A DNA stretch of 64,000 nt from Eledone cirrhosa (GCA_964016885.1 OZ024751.1:11284001-11348000); one strand, 5' to 3'; shown: positions 1-15,150, numbered from the stretch's first letter. Notes: generated from the letters alone by a model not told the origin. Program-made: numbers and translations.

Positions 1-42
1 AAATACCAACAAAAGAAACTATCTGTCTGTCTATCTTTCCTG

Positions 43-1003
43 TGGCACCTCGAGTGCCTTTAGGCGCTCACAGCCCTCTACCAAGCGGAAACAGCAAACA
101 GCGGAGACTCCACTTCGACATTCTATAGGGGATTAGTGGAGGATAAGTGCGACGACGTTCTCGGGGAAACTCTAGGCATCGAGGAAGACGAACTGACCAG
201 TCTGTTCGGGAGGACTTCCCGTCCAGGGTCTATGGATAACTTCCAGATGTCTCTGGCCTGGCAGTGCTACCGAGGAGCTCTACCAGTTCGAGAAAAATCT
301 ACAGGCACCGATACCCTGGCAGGACCTGTCCAAGATGCGAGCAGGACATCGAAACCGTTCTGCACGCAATTGTTCAGTGCCCTGGGGTGACCGACCTGTG
401 GAATTATGTCGAACAGCTACTGTCACGTGTGGGACGCATCCAATTGTCAGCCGAGTCCATCGTGAGGATCACCCGGCCGTCTTTATTTAAGAGTGAAGGA
501 GAGGCGGTCTTCCTCTATTTGGTGGTTATGGCGAAAGAGGTAATATGGTGGACGAGGTTAAAAGGACTGAGGGCAAGCACCTTCTCTCCGGACAACAACT
601 CATCCCCTTCTTTAAGTACCACTTCAGAAGGAAGGTGAGAGTGGAGAGAGAGGTGCTCCAACCCAGTAAATTCGCTGAAATGTGGGTGATTGTAGCACAA
701 AAGGCCTGGGTGAATGGGCCTTCTCTGTATATAAACCTGTAGGTTCAGGAAGATAAACAGATGGAAGACGGGAACACCTACAAAACGTGTTCCTGGTGTT
801 GAGGGTCGTACTATCCACGGGGTGTAAAACAACCCCGCAGTAGAGTTACCACCACCCCACCACCCTAATGGGGATTTCAATTGTTTTCTTTTTATATAGT
901 TTATTGTTATTTATCATTATTGAAGATTCTATGTAAAACCCCCGCCGTCACGTTTTGTAATGTCCCATTTTTGTACGCCCCTGTGGCAAATAAAGAAAGA
1001 TAT
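43..1003 (+). mobile_element. 5'-truncated, frameshifted 3' fragment of L1/Tx1-like LINE (ORF2 C-terminus plus 3'UTR)
   Basis: ORFs 136-390, 264-638 and 545-742 match the ORF2 C-terminus at ~22200-22924 (MDNFQxSLAWQCYRGALPVRE, CPRC..ET..HA.V.C, WWTRLKGLR, VNGPSLY). 3'UTR ends gtggcaaataaag; 5' flank is ctatctgtctgtctatct. Confidence 0.93.
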
Positions 1004-1397
1004 CTTTCAATCGCTCCCTCTCCTTCACTGTCTGACTCCCCCTCTCTCTCTATGTCCACACACACATACTCACACACACATATATACACATACATCATGC
1101 GTATCTATATCTAGATATCTCTTTTTCTCTCTCTAAATACGTATATATGCATACAATCCCTGCAATATATATACATATATATATATAATACTTATCGCCA
1201 AAGAAACATAGTAACATGAACGCACAGTAGTACATTTACATAAACATATGTGAGCGCCTGGCACCATACCTGTGTATGTATGTAAGCACATATGTATGCA
1301 TGTACGTATGCAATAATATATACATTGGATCTAATCAAATCTAAAATAATCTAATATATTTACATAGGATGTACAAACGTATATAAATGCTAACAAA

Positions 1398-1509
<112 letters not shown>

Positions 1510-3300
1510 ACCTGTATGTGTGTATGTGTATTTATTATATATTGATATATACACGCTGGGACAAATGGAACGTTCAAATTCATTTAGTTTAATAGAAATC
1601 AACCTTGCTTTTATTCATTCTTAAAAGCTATTTCAAGACCATGCTCTACCACTATATACATTTTCTCTTATAAGATAGTTTTAAACACACTTGCCAAAAA
1701 GACTGTCACTCCTACTGCCACCAAAACACGCCTGTATACACAGTGAAATATACAAGCACACGATCTCATACATACATATAGAGACAGAATGCCATGCACA
1801 CACAATCGTGCACACATATATTTACATACTAGAAATGTTTAATCTCAATAGACAATATATTTTGACATCATATGTCCATTCTTGTTTGGACTAAGATCTG
1901 TTATTATTTAGAAGAGGGAAAGGAGAAGTAGGAGAGAAAGTAGAATTGGGAAACAGAAACCAAAACTAAGAATATAAAATCACAAACAAAAACAAATATA
2001 TAAATATATATAATAAAGAAATATAAAGAAAAATATAAAATATCTGCTAATAAAATAAAATAAAATATTATAAAATATAGAAATAGACAGAGCTATTACT
2101 TCGACACAAGATGGCGTCGAAGGAAACATAAACGAAACGTATAGGATGGCAGACAAGGAAAAAGCAAAAACGGAACACTAATAACAAAATGGCGGAAAGT
2201 GAAGAGATTCATCAGTTTGTATCAATTTTGACAAATGTAACGAAGACGGCAGAACACAATTATTTTCACGTCAACAGCAATAAGATTAAGTTTCGTATTT
2301 TTCATGAATATTAGTTAATGTGATGAACGGAAAAAGCGTATATTTAAAACAGCGTAATACCAGCGAAAACTAATACCATTCGGCGAATGAAGCGGGAGTT
2401 TTAGGAGAGAGTGAGACGTAATTTTGAATTTATTTCCTCATTCATTTTCATATTCGCTTCATCACATATTTAATTTCAAATTGGCCGTCACTGTTGCTTG
2501 CTGGGGCCGCTTGCAACGTGAATAATTTCTGACATCCGTAAAAATGCTTTTGATAACGATTAAAGTGTGAGCCTGCCTTTTCTAACATTTTTTGCGAGTT
2601 TTCTATTGTGTTTTTTTTCACATATTTGATTGTTTTTTTCCTCACATTTTATTTTAGTCTTCATAAATTTTGTATTTAATATTTGGATGTCGATGTATAG
2701 GAAAAAAATGTGATTGTGCATTGCGTTATATGTATGTGAGAGAGTATTGCTGTGGTACAATAGATACGGAGCGTTACAGATTGCGTAGAATATGCGTTTG
2801 TATGTATACATACATACATACACACATACACACACATATATATATACATATATATATACACATACATATATATATATACACATACATATATATTTATATA
2901 TAAATGTTTCTTTTTGTGTGTGTGTGTGCCTGTGTGCCTGTGTGTGTGTTTGGTTTTGTTTGGGTGCGTGTGCAATTGTGGTTTTTAAGGGTAAAATGGA
3001 AAGGAAAGAAATGGGAGATTATTTATATTTAATAAATTTAGTATTTACTTGCGAAAGTCAATACAATTGCAAATGTCATTCTATATTCTAATGCATTATA
3101 GCCCACGTTTTACATTCAAGCACACAGGCTCAAAAACACAACCGCAAACACTGATAAAAACACACACAGTAACACAAGGACACACTGCGGCTCAGGAACA
3201 TTTAGACAAACAAACATGTAAGAGCGGACAAACTTAACCATATAGGAACATGCACAAAGACACACACATATATGTACGTATATATATATATACATATATG

Positions 3301-3341
<41 letters not shown>

Positions 3342-3489
3342 ATAAATTATAAACATTTTAATCTATATTTTTAATTATTGTGTGTCTACCCTGCCTTCCA
3401 TAGATTATAGATTCCATACACTGGTGGTTTTCCCTGTTTTATTGATGGAACACTTTATCTCTCTAGTGTGTTACCTTTTCAACATATTG

Positions 3490-3983
<494 letters not shown>

Positions 3984-4000
3984 ACACAAATATATATAGT

Positions 4001-4497
4001 TATGGCCTGGACTTGGACGCTGCAGGCTTCCCTTCCCAGCTCGAACCGGTGGGGCTGGATCGAGGGGACGGCAAAAGGCGAGATGGAATAACCATCTTCC
4101 CGTTCCGCGGTGGCAAACCCCTCGTCTGGGATGCCACTTGAACCGACACTTTCTGCTGCCGCAACCTGGTGCAGTCTGCGACTGACCCAGGTTCTGCTGC
4201 ACGTCGGGCTGAGGGGGCCAAACTCCTCAAATACCGGTCGCTCTCCGACAGGTTTGCGGTTGTTCCCCTGGCAGTGGAGACTTCTGGTGTCCTTGGCCCC
4301 AGGGTAACCTCCTTACACTCACCACCATAGGCGCTGAGCCTGCCAGCCGCAGGTGTGAGCCCCGCTAGTTGGAGTGGCTTTTCCAGCGCGTTTTTTTTGC
4401 CGTCCTTCGGGGAAACGCCTTCTCCATTCTGTCCGCCGGGGCTGTGAGTGGGCCCCATCGCGTACCAATACATTAGTTAAATTCCATTCTTTCATCT
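4001..4497 (+). mobile_element. Degenerate 3' fragment of an RLE-type (CRE-like) non-LTR retrotransposon inside (TA)n
   Basis: Translates to [61 protein letters not shown] and [19 protein letters not shown], resembling the RPD-(D/E)xK restriction-like endonuclease C-terminus. Contains a stop and frameshifts. Confidence 0.85.
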
Positions 4498-4610
4498 TTA
4501 TATATATATGTACATACACATCTACATATATATATGCATACATACAAATATATATATTATATATATATATATACATATATACATATGTATATATATATAT
4601 ATATACATAG

Positions 4611-4725
<115 letters not shown>

Positions 4726-4733
4726 TGTATGTA

Positions 4734-4779
<46 letters not shown>

Positions 4780-5269
4780 TACGTGCATACAAACATTCAT
4801 ATATATATATATATCAATGTTTGTATGAACATATGCCTGTATGCACGAATGTTTGTACCCCCCATATATATATATGGGGGATCTGGATGTTTGTTAGAGA
4901 GAGAATGAGGGAATTCTTGTGTGTAAATGTATGTGTTAGCTTGTGTGCGTATAAATGTATATATGCATGTAAACACTTGCAAGTTTGCAGCCATTAAGAG
5001 GCCTCTACTGAAATACCTACATAAGCCCAACAGAGATGTAAAATATACGCGTGCCAAGTTCACTCGCCAGTCCATTTAAATATTCATGTGTTAAGAACAA
5101 TATGGCAGCTATCTACACACAGACGCACATACATACATGCGTACATACATACCTACATACATACTTACATATATATACATACGTACATACACACCTACAT
5201 ACATACTTACATATATACATACATTATATATACATACATTATACATACATACGCACATACATCATCAGA

Positions 5270-5745
5270 TATTTTTTAAAGTTAGGAAAGACTGTGCACT
5301 TAGCCAATCCCACTCTCTGAGCGACAGTAGCTATAACCCGAAAAGAAGAAAAGATCAACACAATCGGTAACTACTGAGCCGCAGGTTTTATATCGGAGTT
5401 ATACCAGTTTCCTGAGTTGCCTTCTCCTAGAAGAATGCCCTGACAAAGCTAGGGGTCCATCACTCCCAGTGGTTTAACCGCGCGATCGGATATCCAGCGC
5501 GACTATTTCTATGTCCTCGCGCATATAAACACACATGCACCCATTTTATATACACATATACATACATATGTACATGTGTATATACATATTTACAGAATTT
5601 TGGATGGCCGTTGACCCTTATCAGTTCTTCCGCCCTTTGAAAGGTTTTGTTCTTTGTCCTGCAGGGTGTTCAAAATCACCCTCCTCACCAAGTAAACTTG
5701 GTGGATTGCGACAGGTTGTACTGGGTTACATGTTACCAGTAGTAC
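5270..5745 (-). mobile_element. Non-autonomous RTE-like element, partial and split by a TA/CA tract
   Basis: Homologous to 41660-42240 and 43878-44400 (ctggtaacatgtaacccagtacaacc, cttggtgaggaggg, tcaacggccatccaaa, ctaggagaagg on the minus strand). Confidence 0.7.
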
Positions 5746-6014
5746 ATATATATATATATACATACACACACACTAGTCACTATTAGTACATATATATATA
5801 CACATAAACACACACTAGTCACCCAGCAGACACAACACTATACACACTAGTCACACATCACACATAACACTATACACACACGCAAACGCATGCGCAAAAA
5901 AGACAAAATAAAATAAGATAAACAAACAAGCAAATAAATAAATAAATATATAGACAGACTGAATAAAAAATGGCGTAGACATACAACACAACAGGAGGAA
6001 CAATGAATATAACA

Positions 6015-6054
6015 CCACTGACGATGTTGCAGATGTGCAACGAAAGATTTTTGT
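6015..6054 (+). ncRNA. Minimal hammerhead ribozyme-like motif
   Basis: ca-CTGACGA-t-gttgca(gatg)tgcaac-GAAAG-at-TTT-tg; stem I is weak. Homologous to 9450-9490. Confidence 0.55.
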
Positions 6055-6319
6055 AAATTATATATATATATATGTGTTTGTGTCTATATTGTATCTGTAT
6101 TATTTTTGACCGCCGGTCAGTCAATGGCAACATTGAGGACCGAGTAAGTTAGATCGCAGATATAAAAGACAGCGAGAAGCGAAAACCAACCAAACAGTGA
6201 GTGTGTTCTGTTATTTATTCTGGCAATATTACGCAAATATGACCCTCCCCAAGTATAACAATATCTGTTTCGACACACGATTTCATATAAAAAACCTCGC
6301 AAAACTAATTCATCGCCGC

Positions 6320-6355
<36 letters not shown>

Positions 6356-6441
6356 GGCGAGAGCCTCATACATAGACATGCATACATACAAACATACATA
6401 CATCCACAAAGTTATTATTATTATTATTATTATTATTATCA

Positions 6442-6820
6442 TGGTGGATTGGCAGTATCGGTAGAGGGTCGGACGCCATGCTTTCCAGCATAGTTACGTC
6501 CCTTTACGATCTGAGTTCAAATCCCACCGAGGTTGACTTTGCCTTTCATCCTTACGGGGTCGATAAAATAAAGTACCAGTAATGCACTGGGGTAATTGCT
6601 GGCCTTGTGCCTAAAGTAGAAACAATAATTAGTATCATCATCAACATCATCAGTAGAGGGTCGGACGCCACGTTTGCAGCATAGAGTTACGGCCCTTTAT
6701 GATCTGAGTTCAAATCCTGCCGAGGTTAACTTTGCCTTTCATCCTTACGGGGGTCGATAAAATAAAGTACCAGTAATGTACTGTGTATTTGCTGGCCTTG
6801 TGCCTAAAATATAAACAATT
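6442..6820 (+). mobile_element. Two tandem tRNA-derived SINEs (Meta/MESC-like core)
   Basis: Box A tggcagtatcgg, box B gagttcaaatccc, core gcctttcatccttacggggtcgataaaataaagtaccag, 3' end ggccttgtgcctaaagtagaaacaat; preceded by (TTA)n. Confidence 0.88.
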
Positions 6821-7014
6821 ATTTAATTTTTATTTTTTCGTTTTATTTTATATATGAGTCAATGTTTTTTGTGCTGTTCTTGTTGCAATTTGCCATTGTT
6901 AGGTGCAACACGGCTAATATTGACACAACAACACAGAAGTGATATCGTGAAAACAACCAATCTGTGCATACATGCTTGTATGTAATAAAACAGATTGTGC
7001 TGAAGGTTGTGCTA

Positions 7015-7830
7015 TTGATAGTGGCGCTAGTGGTGGTGGTGGTGGCGGTGATGGTGGTGGTGTTGGTGTTGGGGGTAGTGGTGGTGGTGATGGTGGTGGT
7101 GTTGGGGGTAGTGGTGGTGGTGATAGTGGTGGTGGTGTTGGGGGTAGTGGTGGAGGCGGTGGTGGTAGTGGTGGTGGTGGTAGTGGTGCTCGGGCTAGTG
7201 GTGGTGTTGGGGCTAGTGGTGGTGGTGGTGGTGGTGTTGGGGCTAGTGGTGGTGGTGGTAGTGGTGGTGTTGGGGTTAGTGGTGGCGGTGGTGGTGGTGG
7301 CGTTGGCGGTGGTGGCGGTGGTGGCAGTGGTGGTGGTTATGGCGGCGGTGGTGGTGGTGGTGGTGTGATGGTGGGTTGTGGTGGTGGTGATGGTGATAGT
7401 GATGTGATGGTGGTGAAGGTGGGGCTGGTGATGGGGGTGGTGGTGGTGGTGTGATGGTGGGTTGGTGGTGGTGGTGGGGCTATTGATAGTGGGGCTAATG
7501 GGGAATGTGGCTGATGGCGGTGGTGGGGCTAGTGGTGGTGGTGAAGGTGGTGGTGGTGGAGGAGGTATGATGGTGGGTTGGTGGTGGTGGTGATGGTGAT
7601 AGTAGGGGTGATGGTGGTGGTGGTGGTGATGGTGGGTTGGTGATGATGGTGATGGTGGGTTGGAGGTGATGGTGATGGTGATAGTGGTGGTGAAGGTGGT
7701 GCTATTGACAGTGGGGCTTGTGGTGGTGGTGGTGGTGAGAATATGGTAATTTGGGTAGGTGATGGTGTGATTGTGGGTTGGTGGTGAAGTTTGTGCTATT
7801 GATAGTGGGGATGGTGTTGGTGGTGTGGAG
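7015..7830. repeat. Degenerate (GGT)n low-complexity tract
   Basis: Direct inspection. Confidence 0.95.
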
Positions 7831-7879
7831 GTTGTCTAAGTGTGTGAAATATAGAAAACATTTGCCTGTATCTCATTAT

Positions 7880-8520
7880 GCTATAGTTGGACAGAGCTGA
7901 CCAGAGCATGGCATAGTAGGGCACCACAGTGTATAGCAGTGGAGAGCTGGGTAGAACATAGCACAATAGGGGAGATCGTAGTGCAGTAGGGCAGAATAGA
8001 GCAGAGTAGTGTAGGCCAGGGAAGAGTAGAGTATGGAAGTGCACAGCAGAGTCTGACATTGTATGGTAGGGCAGAGCTGGGTAGGGCAGAGTATAACAGT
8101 GTGATAGAGAGTAGGGCAGGGAAGAGCAGGGCAGAGCAGAATATAGCAGTGTAGGAGAGGGCAGAACAGAGCAGGGTAGAACATGGCTCAGTAGGGAAAG
8201 GAAGAGCAGAAGGAAGTATAACATTGTAGATCGGTGCAGAGCAGAGTATAGCAGAGAAGGACTGGGCAATTCATGGTACTGTAGAGCAGGGCAGAGCGGG
8301 CGCAGAGTGGTACAGAGCGGTGCAGAGGGGCCCAGTGTAGGGGAAAGTAGGGCAGAACAGAGCAGGGAAGAGAAGAGTATAGATGTTCACAGCAGGGCAT
8401 GGCATTACATGACAGAGCAGCGTATATTAGTGCAGGGCAGTGAAGAGAATGGCAGGACAAAACAGAGTATAGTATAGCAGTGCAGGGCAGGACAGGGCAT
8501 TGCAGAGCAGTGTAGAGAGA
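7880..8520. repeat. Degenerate pentanucleotide satellite (gcaga/gcagg/gtaga)
   Basis: 5-bp periodicity. Confidence 0.85.
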
Positions 8521-8799
8521 ATGAGGTTTCAGGTAGTGATGATACGGTATTTTCAGCAATTGCCATTCTTATCTCGTTGCTACGTAGTGTCTATATTGAA
8601 GTAAATATTTCTCATCTAATCAATGAATAAAGCTTCAAAGAGATATTTAGCCTTGAATATTAACAACCTTTTGCTATCGATCATTAATACTTCTTCTATC
8701 CATTAATGTTTCCATTAATGTTTGCACTAATAAACGACATATTTCCAACATGTTGTTGGATTTCTCATGAAGCAACTATGAATAATAAATAAAATATAT

Positions 8800-9200
8800 A
8801 ATTGTTTCTAATTTTGGCACAAGGCCAGCAATTACCCAGTGCATTACTGGTACTTTATTTTATCGACCCCGTAAGGATGAAAAGCAAAGTTAACCTCGGC
8901 CGGATTTGAACTCAGAATGGCAAGGGCCGTAACTCTATGCGTCAAAGCATGGCGTCCGACCTTCTACCGATACTGCCAATCCACCACCCTAAATAAAATA
9001 TATAATGGTTTGTGATTTAAACATAAAGCCAAAAATTACCGGATAAGGGGAAGGGCGATTAAATCTACCTCAGTGCATTGCTGGTTCTTTATTTTATCGC
9101 TTCTGCAACGAGGCGGGATTTGAACTCAGAAAATAAAGGGAGGTAACTATATGCCGTAAATCATGTTGCCCGACGCTCTACCGATGCTAACAATCCACCG
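8800..9200 (-). mobile_element. Two tandem tRNA-derived SINEs
   Basis: Reverse complement of the 6442 family. Confidence 0.88.
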
Positions 9201-9449
9201 ACCTATATAAATAAAACAATGATAATCATCAAAACGACAACAACACTTGTCCATGTATCCATGCAATTGAATAGAACCCGGAATCTCATTAATGGCAAAA
9301 TGAACTTAACCATTCGGTCAAACTCCATCAGTAAATTTACATAAGCAGGATGTTCTGGATGAGACCCCTGTGCTACGCCATCTTGTTTTTTCAAGATGGC
9401 GTAGGACAGAACAAAGGAGAGGCACAAAAACAAAGTAAAGAATCCCCAA

Positions 9450-9490
9450 TCACTGAAGAGGTCACAGAATGTGTGACGAAAGAACTTTGA
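9450..9490 (+). ncRNA. Minimal hammerhead ribozyme-like motif
   Basis: tca-CTGAAGA-g-gtcac(agaatgt)gtgac-GAAAG-aa-CTT-tga. Confidence 0.6.
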
Positions 9491-9713
9491 CAATATATGA
9501 ACAATCGTCTGGTTGTGGATCCAACCAACCAACCGGAAATTTATAAATTATTAAATTTATAAATTTAATTTATAATAAATTGAAGTGAAAGTAACTGGTG
9601 CGTGTGTTTCTTATTGACAACATGACCCTCCCAAAGTGTAACAATATCGGTTTCAACACAAGTTTTCAGATAAAGAATCTTGCTAAACAAATTCAGAAAC
9701 GAAATATATATAT

Positions 9714-10035
9714 ATAATATAAAATCAAAAGATGGTTAAAAGAGTTCCATGTATTTTATTATGCGCATTTCAAAAACAAATATCATCATGGGATGATATT
9801 TACGTTCTCATCAGATAAAATAGGGAGACATGATATAAAGCTTAAAAACCACTTGCGAGCAGTGAAGTTTTAAATCAACATATTTGTTTTTGAAATGCGC
9901 ATAATAAAATACATGGAACTCTTTTAACCATCTTTTGATTTTATATTATTTATACTCCAGTCCTATAAACTGTTGAGTGCTACTTACCCGATATTTGCAT
10001 TGCTTTATTGCGCTGCAAAAAAACTCACCTCCTAC
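9714..10035. mobile_element. Head-to-head inverted Penelope-like/retrozyme-like insertion with 3' tail
   Basis: Perfect 70-bp inverted repeat 9714-9783/9880-9949, HHR on the left arm, ~85-nt tail on the right, flanked by TA/CA repeats. Confidence 0.75.
9752..9822 (-). ncRNA. Type I hammerhead ribozyme
   Basis: Minus strand: tattttat-CTGATGA-gaac.aaatatcatc(ccat)gatgatattt.gttttt-GAAA-tgcgca-TA^ataaaata. 8-bp stem I, long stem II, palindromic stem III. Confidence 0.85.
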
Positions 10036-10059
10036 ACACACATATATATATATATAAAT

Positions 10060-10240
10060 ATATTCATTTTATTAATGCTAAATGGTGAGTCTTGTTACTC
10101 TAGAATTGATGACCTGACCCCGTGAAAATCAGGGGAAACAACAGAGTAACAAGCCTCACTGTTTAGCCTGATTAAAAAGAATATTAAAACTTACGTCAGT
10201 ATTGAGTCATTTTTTTCTCAAACATCAAAGGCATACAGAT
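10060..10240. mobile_element. Degenerate inverted-repeat insertion with HHR remnant
   Basis: Imperfect IR 10060-10101/10143-10184 around TTGATGA-cctga..tcagg-g-GAAAC, followed by a tail. Confidence 0.45.
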
Positions 10241-10251
10241 CTCTCTCCCTC

Positions 10252-11021
<770 letters not shown>

Positions 11022-11022
<1 letters not shown>

Positions 11023-11180
11023 ATTGTTTCTACTTTAGGCACAAGGCCAGCAATTAACCAGTACATTACTGGTACTTTATTTTATCGACCCCGTAAGGAT
11101 GAAAGGCAATGTTAACCTCAGACTGTAAAGGGACGTAACTATGCTAGAAAGCATGGCGTCCAACCCTCTACCGATACTGC
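11022..11180 (-). mobile_element. tRNA-derived SINE, internally deleted
   Basis: Same family as 6442; the box B region is missing. Confidence 0.85.
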
Positions 11181-11275
11181 ATATATATAATATATATATA
11201 TAATATATATATATTTGAAAAGGGAAGTAAGGATCCATACAAAACAATGGTTATAGAGAGAAATAGCACTGAAAA

Positions 11276-11337
11276 TATATTTAAGAATCAGTTTTTCTTT
11301 TTTTTCCTTTCTTTGATTCGTCAAAGTGCCATTATGA

Positions 11338-11409
<72 letters not shown>

Positions 11410-11472
11410 TCATAATGGCACTTTGACGAATCAAAGAAAGGAAAAAAAAGAAAAACTGATTCTTAAATATAT
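11276..11472. repeat. ~65-bp inverted repeat flanking a (TA)n tract
   Basis: tttaagaatcagtttttc...gtgccattatgaata versus tattcataatggcac...gaaaaactgattcttaaa. Confidence 0.9.
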
Positions 11473-12414
11473 GTGTGTGTGTACATGTACACATAGACAG
11501 ACAGAAACACACACACACACATATATAGTGTGTGTAAGTATGTATGACTAAATGCGTGTCTCCGTTTTACATGTGTGTATGTAACCGTCAGCAGTCACAG
11601 TTTGTTTACCAAACACCTGACATTGTTGAAGTTTCCCACCAATGGAGGCAGTTGATGTTTGATTTCTGGTCGTGTTGATTTTAGTGTAGTAGTAGTAGTT
11701 GTTGTTGTTGTTGTTACTGGCAGGGTTGGTACTGGTGGTGGCGTTGGGGGTAGCAGTGGTGATTATTGTGGTTTAGCAGTGGTGATTGTCGATGTGTGAT
11801 GTTGCTGGTTGTGTTGGTAACGTAACGGTGATGGAGGCGGTAGTTTTGTTGGTTTGGTGGTGGAGGTGGTGGAATTGGTAGTGTTGATGGTGAATGAGGT
11901 GGTCTTTGGTGTAGTGATGGTGATGGTAATGGTGTTTGTGTTGATGTTTGTGGTTTTAGTGTTGTTGGTTTTAGTGTTCGAGGTGGGGTCTGCAATGTTT
12001 GTGTTGGTAGTAATGGTGGTTGTGTTTGTTCTGATGTTGGTAGAAAGCATTGGCAGTGTTGTTTGCAGTGATGGTGGTGATATTTGGTGTCAGTGATGTT
12101 GGATGAATGGTGAGAGTAATGATGGGGTTGTTCACAATTGTATATGGAAGGGGTGCTGTTGTGGTGTGGGTTTGGCCGTAAAATTGTTCGTTGCCATGGT
12201 AGAGCACTTGATTATGTTTCTTGTTGATTGTAATAATGTTATGTTGGGGAGGGGGTTATTTAATATTAGTGTTAAAGTCAGTGTGGGGATCATAGTGGAG
12301 GAGACGCTGAAGTTGTTGTTGCTATTGTTGTTGTTACATTTCCTACAGAAGTGGTTGTGATGGCTACAATGATGTATACCGTGGTCTGAGATGTTATTAA
12401 TAAGGAAAAATGTG

Positions 12415-12555
12415 TTTATCTGAGTAAGAAGTTCGCTTCTCACCTACATGGGTTCAGGTTTGGTACCACTATGTGGCACATTGAGTCAGTTTATTTTTTC
12501 TATATCCTCGGCGTAACTAATGCCCCGTAAGTAAAATTCAGCTGGAAGCTTTTCC

Positions 12556-12640
<85 letters not shown>

Positions 12641-12800
12641 GTTTATATACATTTGTTTGTCCACATTCAAATTTAGGTCTACACTGATTAAGAATCGGAA
12701 TTTCTGTCCTGCTATTTAGCAGTTCATCAAAATGAGATTAATGGTGGTACACCAGCATGGCCGCAGTATATTGACTGAAATTATTGAAAGACAAATAAAA
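12415..12800 (+). mobile_element. Degenerate SINE of a second family with an internal (TA)n
   Basis: gtaagaagttcgcttctcacctacatgggttcagg...accactatgtggcac head and ccagcatggccgcag..actgaaa tail; recognised from memory of octopus SINEs. Confidence 0.45.
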
Positions 12801-12879
12801 AAAGTAATACATGTTAATGCATATTTCTTCTGTGTTTCGGGTATAGGTACATGTGTAGTATACCTATACCCAGCTATGA

Positions 12880-13680
12880 TAATCATTTCTACTTTAGGCC
12901 CAAGGACAGTTATTTGGAGGGGAAGGAAAACTCGATTACATTGACCCCAGTATTTGACTGGTACTTTACTTTAGTAGACCTTACCGGGATTTGAATTCAG
13001 AACGTAAATAGCTCGAATACCACAAAGATGTGTTCGACGATCTAACATTCTGTAACTCCACGCTCTATACCCAGCTATAATAATAATTCCATTTATTATA
13101 TATATACAGAGCGAGGAATTAAGATTGATAGCAAAGTTACAACATAAACTTAGCACCAGTGATTCATTTTATTAAAAACATAGTTGATATCAGCGGGATT
13201 TGAACTCATGACACAACAATCCGCAAAAACTGCCGCGAGACATTTTACCCTACGTTGTATAGATTTTGCTAAGAACAATGATTTCTAACATTGGCACAAT
13301 GCCAGCAATTTATAGGCAATGGGAAGTCGATGATGTTAGGCTAGTATATTACTGGTACTTTATTTTATCGGCCACGGAAGGATAAAGTACAAAGCTGAGT
13401 TCAGTGGTATTTGAACTAAGAACGTAAGATTCGTTACTAAATGTGGAAAGTATTTCGTTTGGCGCTCTAAGACTTCTGCCAATAATAATAATGGTTTCTG
13501 ATTTAGGCAAAAGGCCAGCAATTTGGGGTTGGGGAAAGTCGATAAAATCGACCCTAGTGCGTTACTGGTAATGTATTTTATCGATCACGCAAGAATGAAG
13601 AGCAAAGCTGAGCTCAACGGTATTTAAACACAGGACGTCAGAATCGTAACTAAATAACGCACATCACTTTGGCCAACGCC
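12880..13680 (-). mobile_element. Cluster of about four degenerate tRNA-SINE copies
   Basis: Repeated ctggtacttt, gggatttgaactc and aaggccagcaatt motifs. Confidence 0.75.
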
Positions 13681-14206
13681 CCTAAATCATTTGTCACTAA
13701 TAATAATAATGATAAAAATAATAATATTTTTCTTTATGTAGAGTCTCGTTAGTGTTACAAAACCTTGTATCGTAGATAGATAAAAGAACGCTATAACTGG
13801 GCCGAAATACAATCTTTTTCTGGTGGTGAGAAGATAAAAATAAACAAATAAAAACAATTACAAAAAAATAATTAATAAATACAAACCAATATAGACGCAG
13901 ATAGACATTGAAAGAAGAAATAATAAGTGAAGGCTATTCAATTATGAAGATTGGTAGAAGGATTCCAAGATTGAAAGCCAACAAAATAGATTATACACAT
14001 ATATTCTAATGGTCTCTAAAACTAACTGATAGAAAGGAAGTAATGGAAGAAAGACAACAATAAAAAATAACTAAACGAAGAGTGGAAAGCGTAAATCAAA
14101 AAGCAAAAAGGAGAAAACGAAAAACGAAACAGGAAAAATAATTGTTTGTTCTCTAATGAAAATTATGGGAAAATAATTAGGGAAGGTAAATAAAATACAT
14201 ACATAC

Positions 14207-14264
<58 letters not shown>

Positions 14265-14589
14265 TCTGCATCTTATATATATATATGCGTGTGTATATGT
14301 TCATATATGTGTATATATATATATATATGTATATATGTGTGTGTGTGTGTATCCATATGTGTATATATATGTGTATGTTGGGTATAAATTCATATATATG
14401 TGTGTGTATATATTCATATAAGAAGAAATAAATAAGGTAGGAATAAAGAAAAGAAGAAGGTGAGATAAAGGGATAGTATAAGTGGAATAGATGTAATACA
14501 ACAGTCACTAATATGGATATCATTATTTAACAGAGCGGGAAAGAAAAATATATTGAGAAGAAAAGAAATTGTAAAAGAAGAGACAAAGA

Positions 14590-14975
<386 letters not shown>

Positions 14976-15012
14976 ATTTATTTTTATATACTTTTATATA
15001 TATATACACACA

Positions 15013-15067
<55 letters not shown>

Positions 15068-15093
15068 TATATACTTATAACTCTCTGTCTATC

Positions 15094-15150
<57 letters not shown>

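Noticed and set aside
6442-6530. tRNA gene
   Set aside because: A and B boxes belong to a multi-copy SINE head with no cloverleaf.
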